This document shows, one piece after another, positions 29,244 through 39,616 of a stretch of DNA of 53,396 nucleotides. Position 1 is the stretch's first letter. The number at the start of each line of letters is the position of its first letter. This DNA is from Candidatus Tayloriibacteriota bacterium (GTDB lineage: Bacteria; Patescibacteriota; Minisyncoccia; Phycocordibacterales; PALSA-1337): the NCBI GenBank assembly GCA_903893855.1, contig CAITNV010000023.1, positions 1-53,396 on the forward strand, in the 5' to 3' direction. The notes beneath the pieces are model-generated. The model saw nothing but the letters and a program-made list of their open reading frames with translations. It was not told where the DNA came from and did no database searches. The position numbers and the translations under genes were made by a program.

Positions 29244-29422
29244 AAACGATTCTCCGATTGGAATGGCTCATTCTGGGGCCATATTTGCTCGTTGTCCGTG
29301 AGCGACGATCTGACCGTTCATCGGTACAGACACAAGAAAGCTAAGCTAGCTTGCTCATTTCTGTACCGATGGTTTGTCAAAGTTCTTTTAGTACATTATA
29401 ACATATATGGCTATATTGTCAA
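29244..29422 (-). promoter_or_regulatory. promoter, boxA-like motif and structured 5' leader
   Basis: TTGACA-16-TGtTATAAT; GAACTTTGACAA; perfect 12-bp stem catcggtacaga/tctgtaccgatg (29319-29371). Confidence 0.7.
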
Positions 29423-29527
29423 TCATTTTGACACCTCTAAAATATATAGGAATAGAGCCATTTAAATAATAAAAAATCCCACGCAGAGTATGCGCGAGAT
29501 ATTGATGATGTGCCTTTTACTACGAGA

Positions 29528-29935
29528 CTATCCACTTATTCGTACTGCCTCAATGATATGGCAAATAAAGGTCAGAGCTAATCCCCAAAATACAGGAAGA
29601 AGTAATAATTGAGGTGGGGCTTCAGCAATTAAAACAACTGGAGTGAATACGAAACCCGTAACTAGAGCAATGATGTACGTGCGGGCAGTGCGATTGGCTT
29701 GACTGATCGATAGTATCGTCTGAGCCCAACCAGTGACAAATGCGACCAAAACGGCATCAATGCCACAGAGCATGACTGCGATTCCGAGTTTGCAGAGTAG
29801 TGGTAAATTACTCGGAAATGATCCCGTATGGCTAGCCTGATACCTATCGGTATGCAACTGGACGTTACCAACTGCACATAAGGTCAGACCGAGGCAGAAA
29901 ATAATCCCGCCGAATACACTTAATCGTTTTCTCAT
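29528..29935 (-). CDS. hypothetical 4-TM membrane protein
   Basis: Hydrophobic segments; leader GAAAGGACCTTGAAAATG; own terminator at ~29475-29497. Confidence 0.65.
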   Translation of the reverse strand: MRKRLSVFGGIIFCLGLTLCAVGNVQLHTDRYQASHTGSFPSNLPLLCKLGIAVMLCGIDAVLVAFVTGWAQTILSISQANRTARTYIIALVTGFVFTPVVLIAEAPPQLLLLPVFWGLALTFICHIIEAVRISG

Positions 29936-30124
29936 TTTCAAGGTCCTTTCGTTGCGGGAAGTGTAGCATATTGAGCAAGTTTTTTACAACGCGATTATTC
30001 GCGTTTTTTTATGTAAAAGAAGACCGATATCCCGCAGTGTAGCAGTGATTTTTGGTTGCAAAGATAGCGCTTTAGCATTAAACTAAATTAGGTTAACGTT
30101 ACGACTGTAGTACGAAACAATGTT

Positions 30125-30364
30125 ATGAAGAATTCGATTCCACGTAATGAGTTCGCCGATCTAGTGACCCTATATTTCGGCGAAGCAACGAGACGAAGCT
30201 ACGATGCCATACGTAGGGCTCTTGGAGAGAAGCAAAAATTGGCCCCCTGCGCTACCAAGACGTTCCGATTCACCTCAAAGCCTTTTAGAGGGATTCTGAA
30301 CATGCGCAACAACGTCTACACTGAGGACAAGCTCGGCCAGATGCCGAAGACTCGAGATTGGTAA
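30125..30364 (+). CDS. hypothetical protein (79 aa)
   Basis: TTGCAA...TAAACT promoter; followed by gccgaac/gttcggc terminator with T6. Confidence 0.55.
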   Translation: MKNSIPRNEFADLVTLYFGEATRRSYDAIRRALGEKQKLAPCATKTFRFTSKPFRGILNMRNNVYTEDKLGQMPKTRDW

Positions 30365-30454
30365 TTGCAAGTACTCTCGCCGAACTTTATGTTCGGCTTT
30401 TTTATGTTAAATAAAATACCCTGCATCGACTTAAGCGATACAGGGTTTGGAAGT

Positions 30455-31519
30455 CTAGCGATAGGAATCAAGCTCAAGGCGCGAATACACCGCCAAAATT
30501 CGTCTGGCATCCGAGTTTACAGGAATGAGCCTGTAAATATTTTGCCAGATTGGATTGCCACGGGGTCCGATGTCTCGCAGTGCGAATTGTGTCACTTCGA
30601 TTTTACCATGCTTTCGCACAAGTCTATCAAAGACTACATCAGCACTTGAATTACGTTCCAAGTTCGCAAGTACGCGTTGAGCAATTCGCTCCACCATGTA
30701 ATGGTTGAGATACAAAGCGCTCTCAGCAATATGTACCCAATCATCAATGACGTGCTCCAACCGCTCGCATTCGCAGTAGAGGTAGAGAGCATATTGCGCG
30801 AATACGCGATTCGTCATTCTTCCCTCTGCGCTCCTTTGAGTGCGAGTAATATTACGGAGGAAAGATCTCACCTCATGAATATCACCCAATTCGGTAAATT
30901 TCCTGAGCCTTCTCATTTCACAAATCGAAGGATTTTCGATCTTAAGAACCGTCTTGGAAGCCCACAACTTTAGGAATTTAGGGTTGTTTGGGTTGCCGTT
31001 TAGGGCACGGTAACGCTTTACCCACGGAGACCAATTACCAACCTGAGAAGCAGCGATCAAGCAAACTTCAGGATCGGTAACTTCATCGGGATGCTTGCCG
31101 ACAAAAGTTGCCAAAGCCTCTTGACCTCCTGCAAGAGCAGGATTGTCCCAGATACCGTTCCAACTTGGTTCAAGTGACTTACGATGACAATCAATCGCCA
31201 ACCCTAGCCCACCCAAACCTATAGTCCTGCTACGTATTGGGTTATTTAACCACCGAACAGACGCTTCGAGGCTTTTCACATTTGTGCAGAGCTTTAGGTG
31301 CTTGCGAAAAAGGAAAGAAGCTTTTTTCCTTAGTGTTAAATTCCCATAATGGAAACCGAGCACACTCATGATTGTAATCAGATTCTGTGGCCAGAACGCT
31401 GTTGTCTCCTGAAGGAAGGACAGAGCCTCAGCTCCTTTTCCTTCATTCAAAGCTTTGCGAGCAAAAGTTGCTTGGGCTTGTTCTTGCTGTATGCGAAGCT
31501 TTTTTTCCTCATCATTCAT
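30455..31519 (-). CDS. hypothetical alpha-helical protein (354 aa)
   Basis: Long ORF with AAGG SD; no recognised motif. Confidence 0.7.
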   Translation of the reverse strand: MNDEEKKLRIQQEQAQATFARKALNEGKGAEALSFLQETTAFWPQNLITIMSVLGFHYGNLTLRKKASFLFRKHLKLCTNVKSLEASVRWLNNPIRSRTIGLGGLGLAIDCHRKSLEPSWNGIWDNPALAGGQEALATFVGKHPDEVTDPEVCLIAASQVGNWSPWVKRYRALNGNPNNPKFLKLWASKTVLKIENPSICEMRRLRKFTELGDIHEVRSFLRNITRTQRSAEGRMTNRVFAQYALYLYCECERLEHVIDDWVHIAESALYLNHYMVERIAQRVLANLERNSSADVVFDRLVRKHGKIEVTQFALRDIGPRGNPIWQNIYRLIPVNSDARRILAVYSRLELDSYR

Positions 31520-31746
31520 ACATGACCTTATGCTGTATTATTTGTTATACGTTGCGAAATGCAAAGTCCACCTTGGATGATTTCATTATTTTATGAAGAT
31601 GTCAACAGCAAAATAATTGACATCTACTGTAAGCTATGGTAAATATGATACAGTAAAACACGATTCCTTGACCCAAGGTTAGCACAACTGAGTCCGTATA
31701 CATGGTGTGTATAGACTCTGATTGCCAACCTTCAACACAGGAGTTT

Positions 31747-32094
31747 ATGAATCCTCTACTTTCGTTCCTTGCAAATCTTCAGTACAAATTCCTCAAATGG
31801 CGCGTAAACCGTGAAATTTATAACCGTATCATGGCCCACAACCGAGGAAACGATTGTCATGATTACCCGTTCATGGATCGCGAGCAGATGTTGAAATTAA
31901 CCGAAATGCTCGATGTGCAAGCGCTTCTCGACGACACAGAAGCTTGCATCGCTCAAATGCCCACAGGCTATGGCCAAGCGTTTCGCTACATCATGCATCG
32001 GAATCTTTGTCAGCAACTCCTCCGATACCACCAGCTCGCAAAATGGCAAGCCCGTCCGCGCACCGTCCCCGCCGCTTACGCGACTAAAGCGTAG
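31747..32094 (+). CDS. hypothetical protein (ORFan cassette)
   Basis: TTGACA promoter at 31617, long hairpin leader at 31675-31732, AGGAG SD, terminator ccccact/agtgggg; start moved to 31747. Confidence 0.65.
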   Translation: MNPLLSFLANLQYKFLKWRVNREIYNRIMAHNRGNDCHDYPFMDREQMLKLTEMLDVQALLDDTEACIAQMPTGYGQAFRYIMHRNLCQQLLRYHQLAKWQARPRTVPAAYATKA

Positions 32095-32286
32095 TATCTT
32101 GTAATTACGTTACCCCCCACTCAGGAGTGGGGCTTTATTTTATTAATTTCAAAGTTTTATTTTATATTAGTTTAAAAAAATATGTGAAAGATTAACTTGA
32201 TTTTGAGGAAAATAAAATGCGCACCGGCAATGGTACGCTTGATTTGAAAGTTTTAGACTTACATCCCGATACCCTACTGAGTAAGT

Positions 32287-32457
32287 CTAGCCTTTCCTGT
32301 TGTCTGCCAGAATCTGCCGAATAAGTTCAGCAATTGCTCCTACGAATAGGATTGCAATTAGAACACCACCGGCGATTTTGTTTATCCGTAACACTCCCGC
32401 ATCTAAGGCGAGAGTGAAGAGACAGACATACATGAGGTCTTTAAATGACGAGTTCAT
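32287..32457 (-). CDS. small membrane protein (56 aa), not in ORF track
   Basis: MNSSFKDLMYVCLFTLALDAGVLRINKIAGGVLIAILFVGAIAELIRQILADNRKG; TTGACA promoter; GAAAGGA SD. Confidence 0.65.
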   Translation of the reverse strand: MNSSFKDLMYVCLFTLALDAGVLRINKIAGGVLIAILFVGAIAELIRQILADNRKG

Positions 32458-32531
32458 AAATTTCCTTTCCGTTAATCGTTGAACTTGCTAAAGACAAAAT
32501 AACATACGTTATTATTGTTTGTCAAATGTTG

Positions 32532-32604
32532 TGGACCCTACAGGACTCGAACCTGCCACCCCCTCATTGCAAATGAGGTGCTCTACCAGATGAGCTAAGG
32601 GCCC
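32532..32604 (-). tRNA. tRNA-Ala(TGC), CCA not encoded
   Basis: Cloverleaf GGGCCCT/AGGGTCC-A with G3.U70; anticodon arm CCTCA-TTTGCAA-TGAGG; GGTTCGAGTCC T arm. Confidence 0.97.
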
Positions 32605-32658
32605 GCTTTAATACATTGTAACTTATACGAACATTGCTTCCTAGCCGAAAGGTGTATA

Positions 32659-32682
32659 TCTACCAAAACAGCTAAGGGCCCG
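32659..32682 (-). repeat. degenerate copy of the tRNA-Ala 5' end
   Basis: tctacca-aaac-agctaagggcccg versus tctacca-gatg-agctaagggcccg at 32582-32605 (20/24 identical). Confidence 0.75.
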
Positions 32683-32727
32683 TATGTAACGGGTATATTC
32701 AAATTTCAACAACGATAGTATTTTACA

Positions 32728-33771
32728 TTATTTTCCTTCGATTGCAAGTGTCACGATATGATCGAAGAAATCGGGCAGACTTGCGCCCACTGCAGCGAGG
32801 GCTTTGGGGACAATGGACGTCTCGGTAAGGCCGGGTAGCGTATTGACCTCAAGCGCATAAATCCCCCGTCGTGGAGCCACGATAAAGTCAGATCGGGAGT
32901 AGTGTCGAAGCCCAAGCACTCGGTGAATGTCACGGGCCAGACGCTCGAGTTCAGCCTTGATCTCGCTACTAAAATGACTTGGCACTATTTCCTCCGCAGC
33001 GACTTTTTTACCACGATGATCAACAACGTCGTCGCGTGAATATTTCGATTCATAGTCAAAAAAGTCCCGATTGTGGCGAATCTCAACGACAGGCAAGGCA
33101 TAAAGCTCTTCTCCACGGAAATTATCAATGATACCCACAGTCGCTTCAGTGCCCGCGATGAATTCCTCAACCATTACTGGAGCGACGGTACCATCGCGAC
33201 GCACGCTATATTGAAACGCTTTCAAAATATGCGGGGCAAGATCACCATGCGCACGGGCAATTGATATACCAACCGAAGAACCGCTCTCCGACGGCTTCAC
33301 TACGACCGGTAATGAAAAAGTTCTAAAGATAGTATCAATTTTCTCTAAAAGACTTCCATCAGCGAGGCTTGCGGAGTCAATTAAAATATGCCTCGGCGTC
33401 TTTATTCCATAACGCACGAAACTATCTTTCGTCAAGACTTTATTCATTGCCACAGCAGAAGCAAAAGCCTTACTACCCGTAAACGGAACACCATGGGCTT
33501 CCAAAAGCATTTGCACCTTACCATCCTCACCATAGGCTCCATGAAGCGCATTCACCACCACATCCACCTGAGCAAGAGCACGCTCCACCGCAATGGGCAC
33601 ACCTGAGTGATACCACACTCCATCCTTCGAGAGGAGGATATCGTGCACGTGGTATTTGTCGCGAAATTTATCATGCGAAAGACTCGCGAGCACGGTCTTG
33701 CCGGTTGCGAGTGAGACATCGTATTCATCTGAAGGGCCTCCGCGAAGGACACCGACTCTGATAATTGCCAT
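32728..33771 (-). CDS. ddl: D-alanine--D-alanine ligase
   Basis: GGPSDEYDVSL, ALHGAYGEDG, GSSVG, LEVNTLPG. Confidence 0.96.
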   Translation of the reverse strand: MAIIRVGVLRGGPSDEYDVSLATGKTVLASLSHDKFRDKYHVHDILLSKDGVWYHSGVPIAVERALAQVDVVVNALHGAYGEDGKVQMLLEAHGVPFTGSKAFASAVAMNKVLTKDSFVRYGIKTPRHILIDSASLADGSLLEKIDTIFRTFSLPVVVKPSESGSSVGISIARAHGDLAPHILKAFQYSVRRDGTVAPVMVEEFIAGTEATVGIIDNFRGEELYALPVVEIRHNRDFFDYESKYSRDDVVDHRGKKVAAEEIVPSHFSSEIKAELERLARDIHRVLGLRHYSRSDFIVAPRRGIYALEVNTLPGLTETSIVPKALAAVGASLPDFFDHIVTLAIEGK

Positions 33772-33780
33772 ATGGCATTA

Positions 33781-35055
33781 TTATAGCATCATTTTTTTCT
33801 CGAGTCGCTTGCGGTGGAAAGTAATAGCAAAACGATGCGCTTCACTATTGGCAACAAGGATGTGCGCTCGATACGATACAGGGAACGTGGCTGGCGTCTT
33901 CCCCACCATAATATCGCGAGGACGATGATGTTCATCCTTCACCACGGACACGACAGGAATACCGAGGCCACGCTCATTAAGTATATTCTCTGCAGCATTA
34001 ATCTGCGCTGTACCGCCATCCACCACGATAATATTGGGCATTGGCCATTCGGTATGTTCAAGACGACGCCGAAGAATCTCGGTGAGACTTGCAACGTCAT
34101 TGTTGACATCGCGAGAGATTTTAAATTTACGATACTGAGTCTTCTCGATCTCACCATTCTCGACGACGGTCATAACGCCGACATTCTCGGAACCGCCAAG
34201 GTGTGCGACGTCGTAGGCTTCGATGCGGAACGGGGTGTGGGTTGGGGAACCAGTACCTTCTGCAGGTGTTACTACATCACTTTTTTTAATAAGTGACACG
34301 TCCTGAATGTGGCCGAGAGCATAGAGTGTTTTCTTCACTGCGCCGGCCTTTTCGAACTGTTGGGTCTTCGCAAATGCTTTCATCTCTCGCTCAAGCGCGC
34401 GCACGAGGGCTTTCTTTTTTCCTTCGAAAAAGAGGGTGAGATTGCGTATGGTGCGAGCGTATTCCTTGCGAGCCTCTGGCGATCTCGTATCCGGAGAAAG
34501 GCCGATCGATTGGTAAAAAGCTTCATTATATGGCACGCGTGCTCGTGCATCGCGGAAAGGAAAGATCTTGCGAATGATGGCCAAAGCCTCACGAAGAAGT
34601 GCTCCTTGTGGGTAGGGGCCGAATTGTTTACGAATCTTATAGACTGCCGGAGATGAAGTGTCGGCCGCGGTCTTCTCGAGTTCACGCCCACGCACTACGA
34701 TTACACGTGGGAATTCTTCTTCGGTGATGATGACATAGTTATATGAACGATCGTCTTTCTCCTTAGTATTGTAGTATGGCTGGTGCTTCTTAATAAGATT
34801 GCTCTCGAGAATGATGGCTTCGAGGACGGAGTCCGCTTGTTCGTACTTGATATGATCCGCAGTTGCGACCATATCTACGAGAAGTTGCCCGCGGGTGGCG
34901 ATGAGGTCGTCTTTAAAATAACTCTTTACACGATCACGAAGAGACGTAGCACGACCGATATAGAGAATCTTATTATTTTTATTCAAGAAAAAATAAACCC
35001 CCGGTGCATCGGGCAATGGTTTTGTCGTCTTTTTTTTAAAATATCCGCTATCCAT
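33781..35055 (-). CDS. uvrC: excinuclease ABC subunit C, short form without C-terminal HhH
   Basis: GIY-YIG (PGVYFF...YIGRA), UVR motif, RIEAYDVAH, VDGG, EAHRFAITFHR. Confidence 0.9.
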   Translation of the reverse strand: MDSGYFKKKTTKPLPDAPGVYFFLNKNNKILYIGRATSLRDRVKSYFKDDLIATRGQLLVDMVATADHIKYEQADSVLEAIILESNLIKKHQPYYNTKEKDDRSYNYVIITEEEFPRVIVVRGRELEKTAADTSSPAVYKIRKQFGPYPQGALLREALAIIRKIFPFRDARARVPYNEAFYQSIGLSPDTRSPEARKEYARTIRNLTLFFEGKKKALVRALEREMKAFAKTQQFEKAGAVKKTLYALGHIQDVSLIKKSDVVTPAEGTGSPTHTPFRIEAYDVAHLGGSENVGVMTVVENGEIEKTQYRKFKISRDVNNDVASLTEILRRRLEHTEWPMPNIIVVDGGTAQINAAENILNERGLGIPVVSVVKDEHHRPRDIMVGKTPATFPVSYRAHILVANSEAHRFAITFHRKRLEKKMML

Positions 35056-37799
35056 TATGACTTCTTCAAGCTTTTTTTAAGGTATTGACCTGTGAAAGAT
35101 GCAGCGTTCCTTGCGACATCCTCTGGTGTGCCCTTTGCGACAATTTTACCACCTTTTGCTCCTCCCTCAGGACCGATATCAATAATATAGTCAGCAGCTT
35201 TAATAAGATCGAGATTATGCTCAATGACCACAACGGTATTGCCTTTGTTCACGAGTCGCTGGAGAATCTCAATAAGCTTAGCCACATCCTCATAGTGAAG
35301 TCCTACGGTCGGTTCATCAAGAAGATAAATAGTCTTCTGCAAATGCGCGCGATACAGCTCCGCAGATATTTTCACACGCTGTGCTTCTCCACCTGAGAGA
35401 GTCGTTGCAGACTGACCGAGCTCGAGATACCCAAGACCCACTTCTTGCAGGGTCTTTAATCGATCTGAAACAGCAGGAATATCCTCGAAGAATTCAAGTG
35501 CTTCATCGATAGTCATATGAAGAATTTCAAAAACATTCTTCTTCTTGTACTTGATCTCGAGCGTCTCTTTGGTAAATCTCTTGCCGGCGCACACTTCACA
35601 CGGCACATAGACAGTCGGCAAGAAATGCATCTCGACGGCAATCTCTCCATTACCCTGACATGCTTCGCAACGTCCACCCTTCACATTGAAAGAAAATCTT
35701 CCTGAACCCCAGCCTCGTGCTCGCGCTTCTGCAGATGCAGTAAAAAGATCGCGGATATGTGACCAAGCGCCAGTGTATGTTGCGGGGTTTGAACGTGGAG
35801 TACGACCGATCGGTGATTGGTCGATGAGGATAGTACGGCCGAGGTATTCAGTTCCTGCAAAGCTCGCTACATTATAAATTTGCGCAGTTCGATGGCGGAA
35901 TTCGAGGCGAGCTTGGAGATTCTTATGAAGAATCTCATACATAAATGAAGATTTTCCAGAACCAGACACTCCGGTGATAACATTGAAGCAACCGAGCGGT
36001 ACATCAATGTCCATATTTTTAATATTAAATACATTTCCTCCACGAATCATAAGCTTGCCTTTCGGTTCGCGACGTTCATCGGGCATTGGAATCTTTTTGT
36101 CTCCTCGAAGGTAAGCCAGAGTGAGTGATGTTCGAGCACCAAGCTTGTCACTCGATGAACCGCTCGGCTCTCCGTTAGCTGGAAGAGTCTTTGCAGTGAG
36201 CAAGTCTTCAAGCCATCCTTGCACTACCACTTCACCGCCATGCACGCCGGCTTTGGGACCAATATCCACAATATAATCAGAAGCATACATAGTATCTTCA
36301 TCGTGTTCGACGACAATAATAGTGTTACCAATATCACGAAGATGTAAAAGCGTACCGATGAGACGATCGTTATCTCGCTGGTGAAGACCAATAGTTGGCT
36401 CATCGAGCACATAAAGAGCTCCAACGAGGCCGGAACCTAGCTGTGAAGCAAGACGAATACGCTGTGCTTCTCCACCTGAAAGTGTATTGGCTCTTCGGTC
36501 GAGCGTGAGGTATTCAATACCGACATTAATCATGAATTGTAGTCGGTCTTCGATTTCTTTTAGCACCACCTTTGCGATTTCGCGTTCAGTTGGAGTGAGT
36601 GATAATTTCTCAAAGAAATCCCGCGCTTGATCAATAGCTAATGCCGTCGTCTCAACGATATTCTTTCCATCAATACGTACAAAAAGCGCTTCATCGCGAA
36701 GACGCGCTCCGTGACAGCGTTTACATGGATCATCACTAAAGAGCCCTTCGGTACCGAGACCATTACATTCAGGACAAGCTCCATATGGAGAGTTAAATGA
36801 GAAAAGCCGCGGCTCGATCTCGGGATATGAGAAGCCATCGTATGGGCACATGAATTTGACCGACATGAGCTTCTCTTCGGGGCCATTCTCACCGGGCATT
36901 TCAATCTTAATCAGCCCGCTCGCTTCCTCTATAGCCTTTTCAAGCGCCTCTGACAAACGCTCGCGGGCATTCTCCACCTGAGAATTGTTTGCAGGCTTTT
37001 TATCATTTTTATCAGTCTTGTCGCTCTTGTCGGCTTTGTCAGTCTTCACTTTGTCACTCGCGATAACAAATTCACTCAAGAAAATCTCATCAACAAGCAC
37101 ATCAATATCATGCTTTTTATTTTTATCAAGAATAATCTGCTCGCGAAGACGCATGACTTTGCCGTCGATTTTCACACGGTCATAGCCTTTACCCAACATA
37201 TCATAGAGAAGTTGATAGTATTCACCCTTTCGTCCCACAACAACCGGAGCGTAAATGCCCACTTTCGCTTGTGTCACCTCCACACCAAAAACCTCGCGAG
37301 ACTTTTTATTCTTCCCCGTTACCTGCCGAACAATAGTGTCAAGAATTTCTTCTTTCGATAGACGATAAATCGGACGATTACACTCGAGACAGTGAGGTCG
37401 GCCAACGCGAGCAAAAAGCACGCGCAAGTAATCGTAAATCTCTGTAATAGTCGCGACCGTCGAACGTGGGTTATTAGACCGAGACTTTTGGTCGATAGAA
37501 ATAGCGGGAGAAAGACCAGTTATCTCATCAACATCGGGCTTTTGGAATTGGCGGAGGAATTGTCGAGCATATGAAGAGAGCGATTCGATGTAACGTCGCT
37601 GTCCTTCGGCAAATATCGTATCGAAAGCGAGCGAAGACTTACCCGAGCCAGATAGTCCGGTAATTGCCACCATTTTATTACGAGGCATCGTAACCGTAAT
37701 ATTTTTTAAATTATGGGTACGCGCTCCCCGCACGACGATCTCATCGCTTGCAGTGATGGCTTTTTTCGCACCTTTTTGAGCAGTTTTTTTGTCAGTCAT
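35055..37799 (-). CDS. uvrA: excinuclease ABC subunit A
   Basis: Two Walker A motifs ([18 protein letters not shown]), two LSGGEAQR signatures, Zn fingers. Confidence 0.97.
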   Translation of the reverse strand: MTDKKTAQKGAKKAITASDEIVVRGARTHNLKNITVTMPRNKMVAITGLSGSGKSSLAFDTIFAEGQRRYIESLSSYARQFLRQFQKPDVDEITGLSPAISIDQKSRSNNPRSTVATITEIYDYLRVLFARVGRPHCLECNRPIYRLSKEEILDTIVRQVTGKNKKSREVFGVEVTQAKVGIYAPVVVGRKGEYYQLLYDMLGKGYDRVKIDGKVMRLREQIILDKNKKHDIDVLVDEIFLSEFVIASDKVKTDKADKSDKTDKNDKKPANNSQVENARERLSEALEKAIEEASGLIKIEMPGENGPEEKLMSVKFMCPYDGFSYPEIEPRLFSFNSPYGACPECNGLGTEGLFSDDPCKRCHGARLRDEALFVRIDGKNIVETTALAIDQARDFFEKLSLTPTEREIAKVVLKEIEDRLQFMINVGIEYLTLDRRANTLSGGEAQRIRLASQLGSGLVGALYVLDEPTIGLHQRDNDRLIGTLLHLRDIGNTIIVVEHDEDTMYASDYIVDIGPKAGVHGGEVVVQGWLEDLLTAKTLPANGEPSGSSSDKLGARTSLTLAYLRGDKKIPMPDERREPKGKLMIRGGNVFNIKNMDIDVPLGCFNVITGVSGSGKSSFMYEILHKNLQARLEFRHRTAQIYNVASFAGTEYLGRTILIDQSPIGRTPRSNPATYTGAWSHIRDLFTASAEARARGWGSGRFSFNVKGGRCEACQGNGEIAVEMHFLPTVYVPCEVCAGKRFTKETLEIKYKKKNVFEILHMTIDEALEFFEDIPAVSDRLKTLQEVGLGYLELGQSATTLSGGEAQRVKISAELYRAHLQKTIYLLDEPTVGLHYEDVAKLIEILQRLVNKGNTVVVIEHNLDLIKAADYIIDIGPEGGAKGGKIVAKGTPEDVARNAASFTGQYLKKSLKKS

Positions 37800-37853
37800 T
37801 GCCGCAAGCGTACCATGAAATGGGGTGAGTGGTCAAACCCACATATTTAAAAT

Positions 37854-38636
37854 TTAATATGTCTCCCCCATTAACTGCGCCAAGACCTCCGGATCACGAA
37901 CATCTACCCAGCGACCTTCGATCTCCATTCCAGCGACACCGTGCTTCGCATTGACAAGCATAGCGATAGCATCGGTCAGTTCATATTCGCCACGAGGAGA
38001 TTTAACGAGCTGACGGGTGAATTCAAAAATATGCGGTTCGAAAATATAAATACCAGCATTGTACCAGACCGTATCGCCTTCAGTAATAAGCCCTTCACGC
38101 TTTAATTCTTCAAGCTGAGCAAGACTCGGCTTCTCGACAAGACGCTTCATATTAAAATCCTGATCAAAAAAAATCACACCTCCTTTAGTCACGTCTTTGC
38201 CCGCAACAACCGTGAGAAGATTCGGCGAATCAGTCTTGGCATGACGCTGGACCATTTTGGTATATGTCTCAGGCTTAACGAGAATATCACCATAGGTTAA
38301 AAGAAATGGAGAGCCACCGATAAAATCCCGAGCTATCTCAGGCGCTTTACCCGTACCATCCTGCACCGTCTGTTCGCCATAGGCTATCGTCAAACCCCAT
38401 TTCGATCCGTCTCCGAAATAATTCGTAATAATCTCGGATCGATGTCCAACTACAATAAAAATCTCTTTAATACCCGCGTCCGCTATGCCCATAATGATGT
38501 GCTCGAGAATTGGCTTGCCAAAAACCGAGAGCATCGGCTTCGGAATGCTCTTCGTCAAATCTCCCATGCGCGTACCTTTGCCCGCGGCTAAAATAATTGC
38601 TTTCATCTTTTGTCCGGCAGTACTTTTCTTAATCAT
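37854..38636 (-). CDS. sugar-phosphate nucleotidyltransferase (RmlA/GCD1-like)
   Basis: ILAAGKGTRM, PKPML, YGD, VEKP, NAGIY, SPRGEYELTDA. Confidence 0.92.
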   Translation of the reverse strand: MIKKSTAGQKMKAIILAAGKGTRMGDLTKSIPKPMLSVFGKPILEHIIMGIADAGIKEIFIVVGHRSEIITNYFGDGSKWGLTIAYGEQTVQDGTGKAPEIARDFIGGSPFLLTYGDILVKPETYTKMVQRHAKTDSPNLLTVVAGKDVTKGGVIFFDQDFNMKRLVEKPSLAQLEELKREGLITEGDTVWYNAGIYIFEPHIFEFTRQLVKSPRGEYELTDAIAMLVNAKHGVAGMEIEGRWVDVRDPEVLAQLMGETY

Positions 38637-38731
38637 TAGGGTAGATTACCACGAAAATAGACGGTTCATCAAATATAAAATAAATAAAAAGACCACACTG
38701 TATATGTGGCCTATTCGACGCTATCAAAGTC

Positions 38732-39616
38732 CTAATCATGCTCAATCTTAACGCTGTATGCTACAGCGTAATATTGATTGTTCGGAAGATGAAACATCGA
38801 GGTAATTTTCTCACTTGAGATGAAAAAATGTCGAATGATGACCATGAAGTGTCCTGAGTCCTCAGTGTCACTCCAAGCTCCAGTACCACTTTCACCCTGC
38901 TCTACCTCGAGGGGAAAAAAGATGTACTGCACACCCGGTTTAACATCTGCAATGAATCCACCCCTCACGATCTGATTAGGGTATGTGCGTAAATGAAAGA
39001 TTCCATCATACTTCTTCATTTCAAGCTCCATGCCTGGTGTAAATTCAACGAAGTGATTCGTCGAAAATGGAAGATAGATAGTTGGGAATGTGGTACCCTT
39101 CGGATCACTTCTGCAAATGATGAAATCATCAGTCAGAATATTTGTACTTGGTACACAGTTAGTGATTGGGACAACGGGCTCCAAACCGCGAAGCTCTCTC
39201 CGACTGATAATGCGATACCCGTATTCTCCGGGCTGATCCTCGAGGACATGATACGCTGTAGCAATATCACCATCCCGAAAATTGGCAAGGAGTGTACCTG
39301 TTCCCATGAGCTGCCATTTGTAATGACTATTGCGACGATAGACAATGTGGACGGGGATTTTATTTGGATCCACCGGCGGGTCAGGAATGTTATGGACGAT
39401 CCACAAGTGTCTGTCGACAATTTTATCATCTCCGCCCTCCAAGCCGAGTGCAATGATTTCTTCCGCACGAACTTTCTGGCAATGCTCATGCCACAGTTCG
39501 AATGCATATCCGGCGACTGCAAGAAGTCCCAATGCGACAAACGTCGCAATGACACTCCTCTGGATGTTTTTTTCTTTTTTATTAAGCGCTGTTTTGGCGC
39601 GTTTTTTGTTTTTCAA
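38732..39616 (-). CDS. membrane-anchored trypsin-like serine protease (divergent)
   Basis: N-terminal TM; GTGTL, ATAYHV (His), DDFII (Asp), QGESGTG (Ser); TTG start after AAAGGG. Confidence 0.7.
   Translation of the reverse strand: MKNKKRAKTALNKKEKNIQRSVIATFVALGLLAVAGYAFELWHEHCQKVRAEEIIALGLEGGDDKIVDRHLWIVHNIPDPPVDPNKIPVHIVYRRNSHYKWQLMGTGTLLANFRDGDIATAYHVLEDQPGEYGYRIISRRELRGLEPVVPITNCVPSTNILTDDFIICRSDPKGTTFPTIYLPFSTNHFVEFTPGMELEMKKYDGIFHLRTYPNQIVRGGFIADVKPGVQYIFFPLEVEQGESGTGAWSDTEDSGHFMVIIRHFFISSEKITSMFHLPNNQYYAVAYSVKIEHD

Noticed and set aside
28812-29465. Long antisense or overlapping ORFs (e.g. 28812..29465 +, 17553..18128 +, 38993..39634 +, 47567..48202 +)
   Set aside because: Shadow frames opposite genes that have motifs, promoters and terminators; no independent signals
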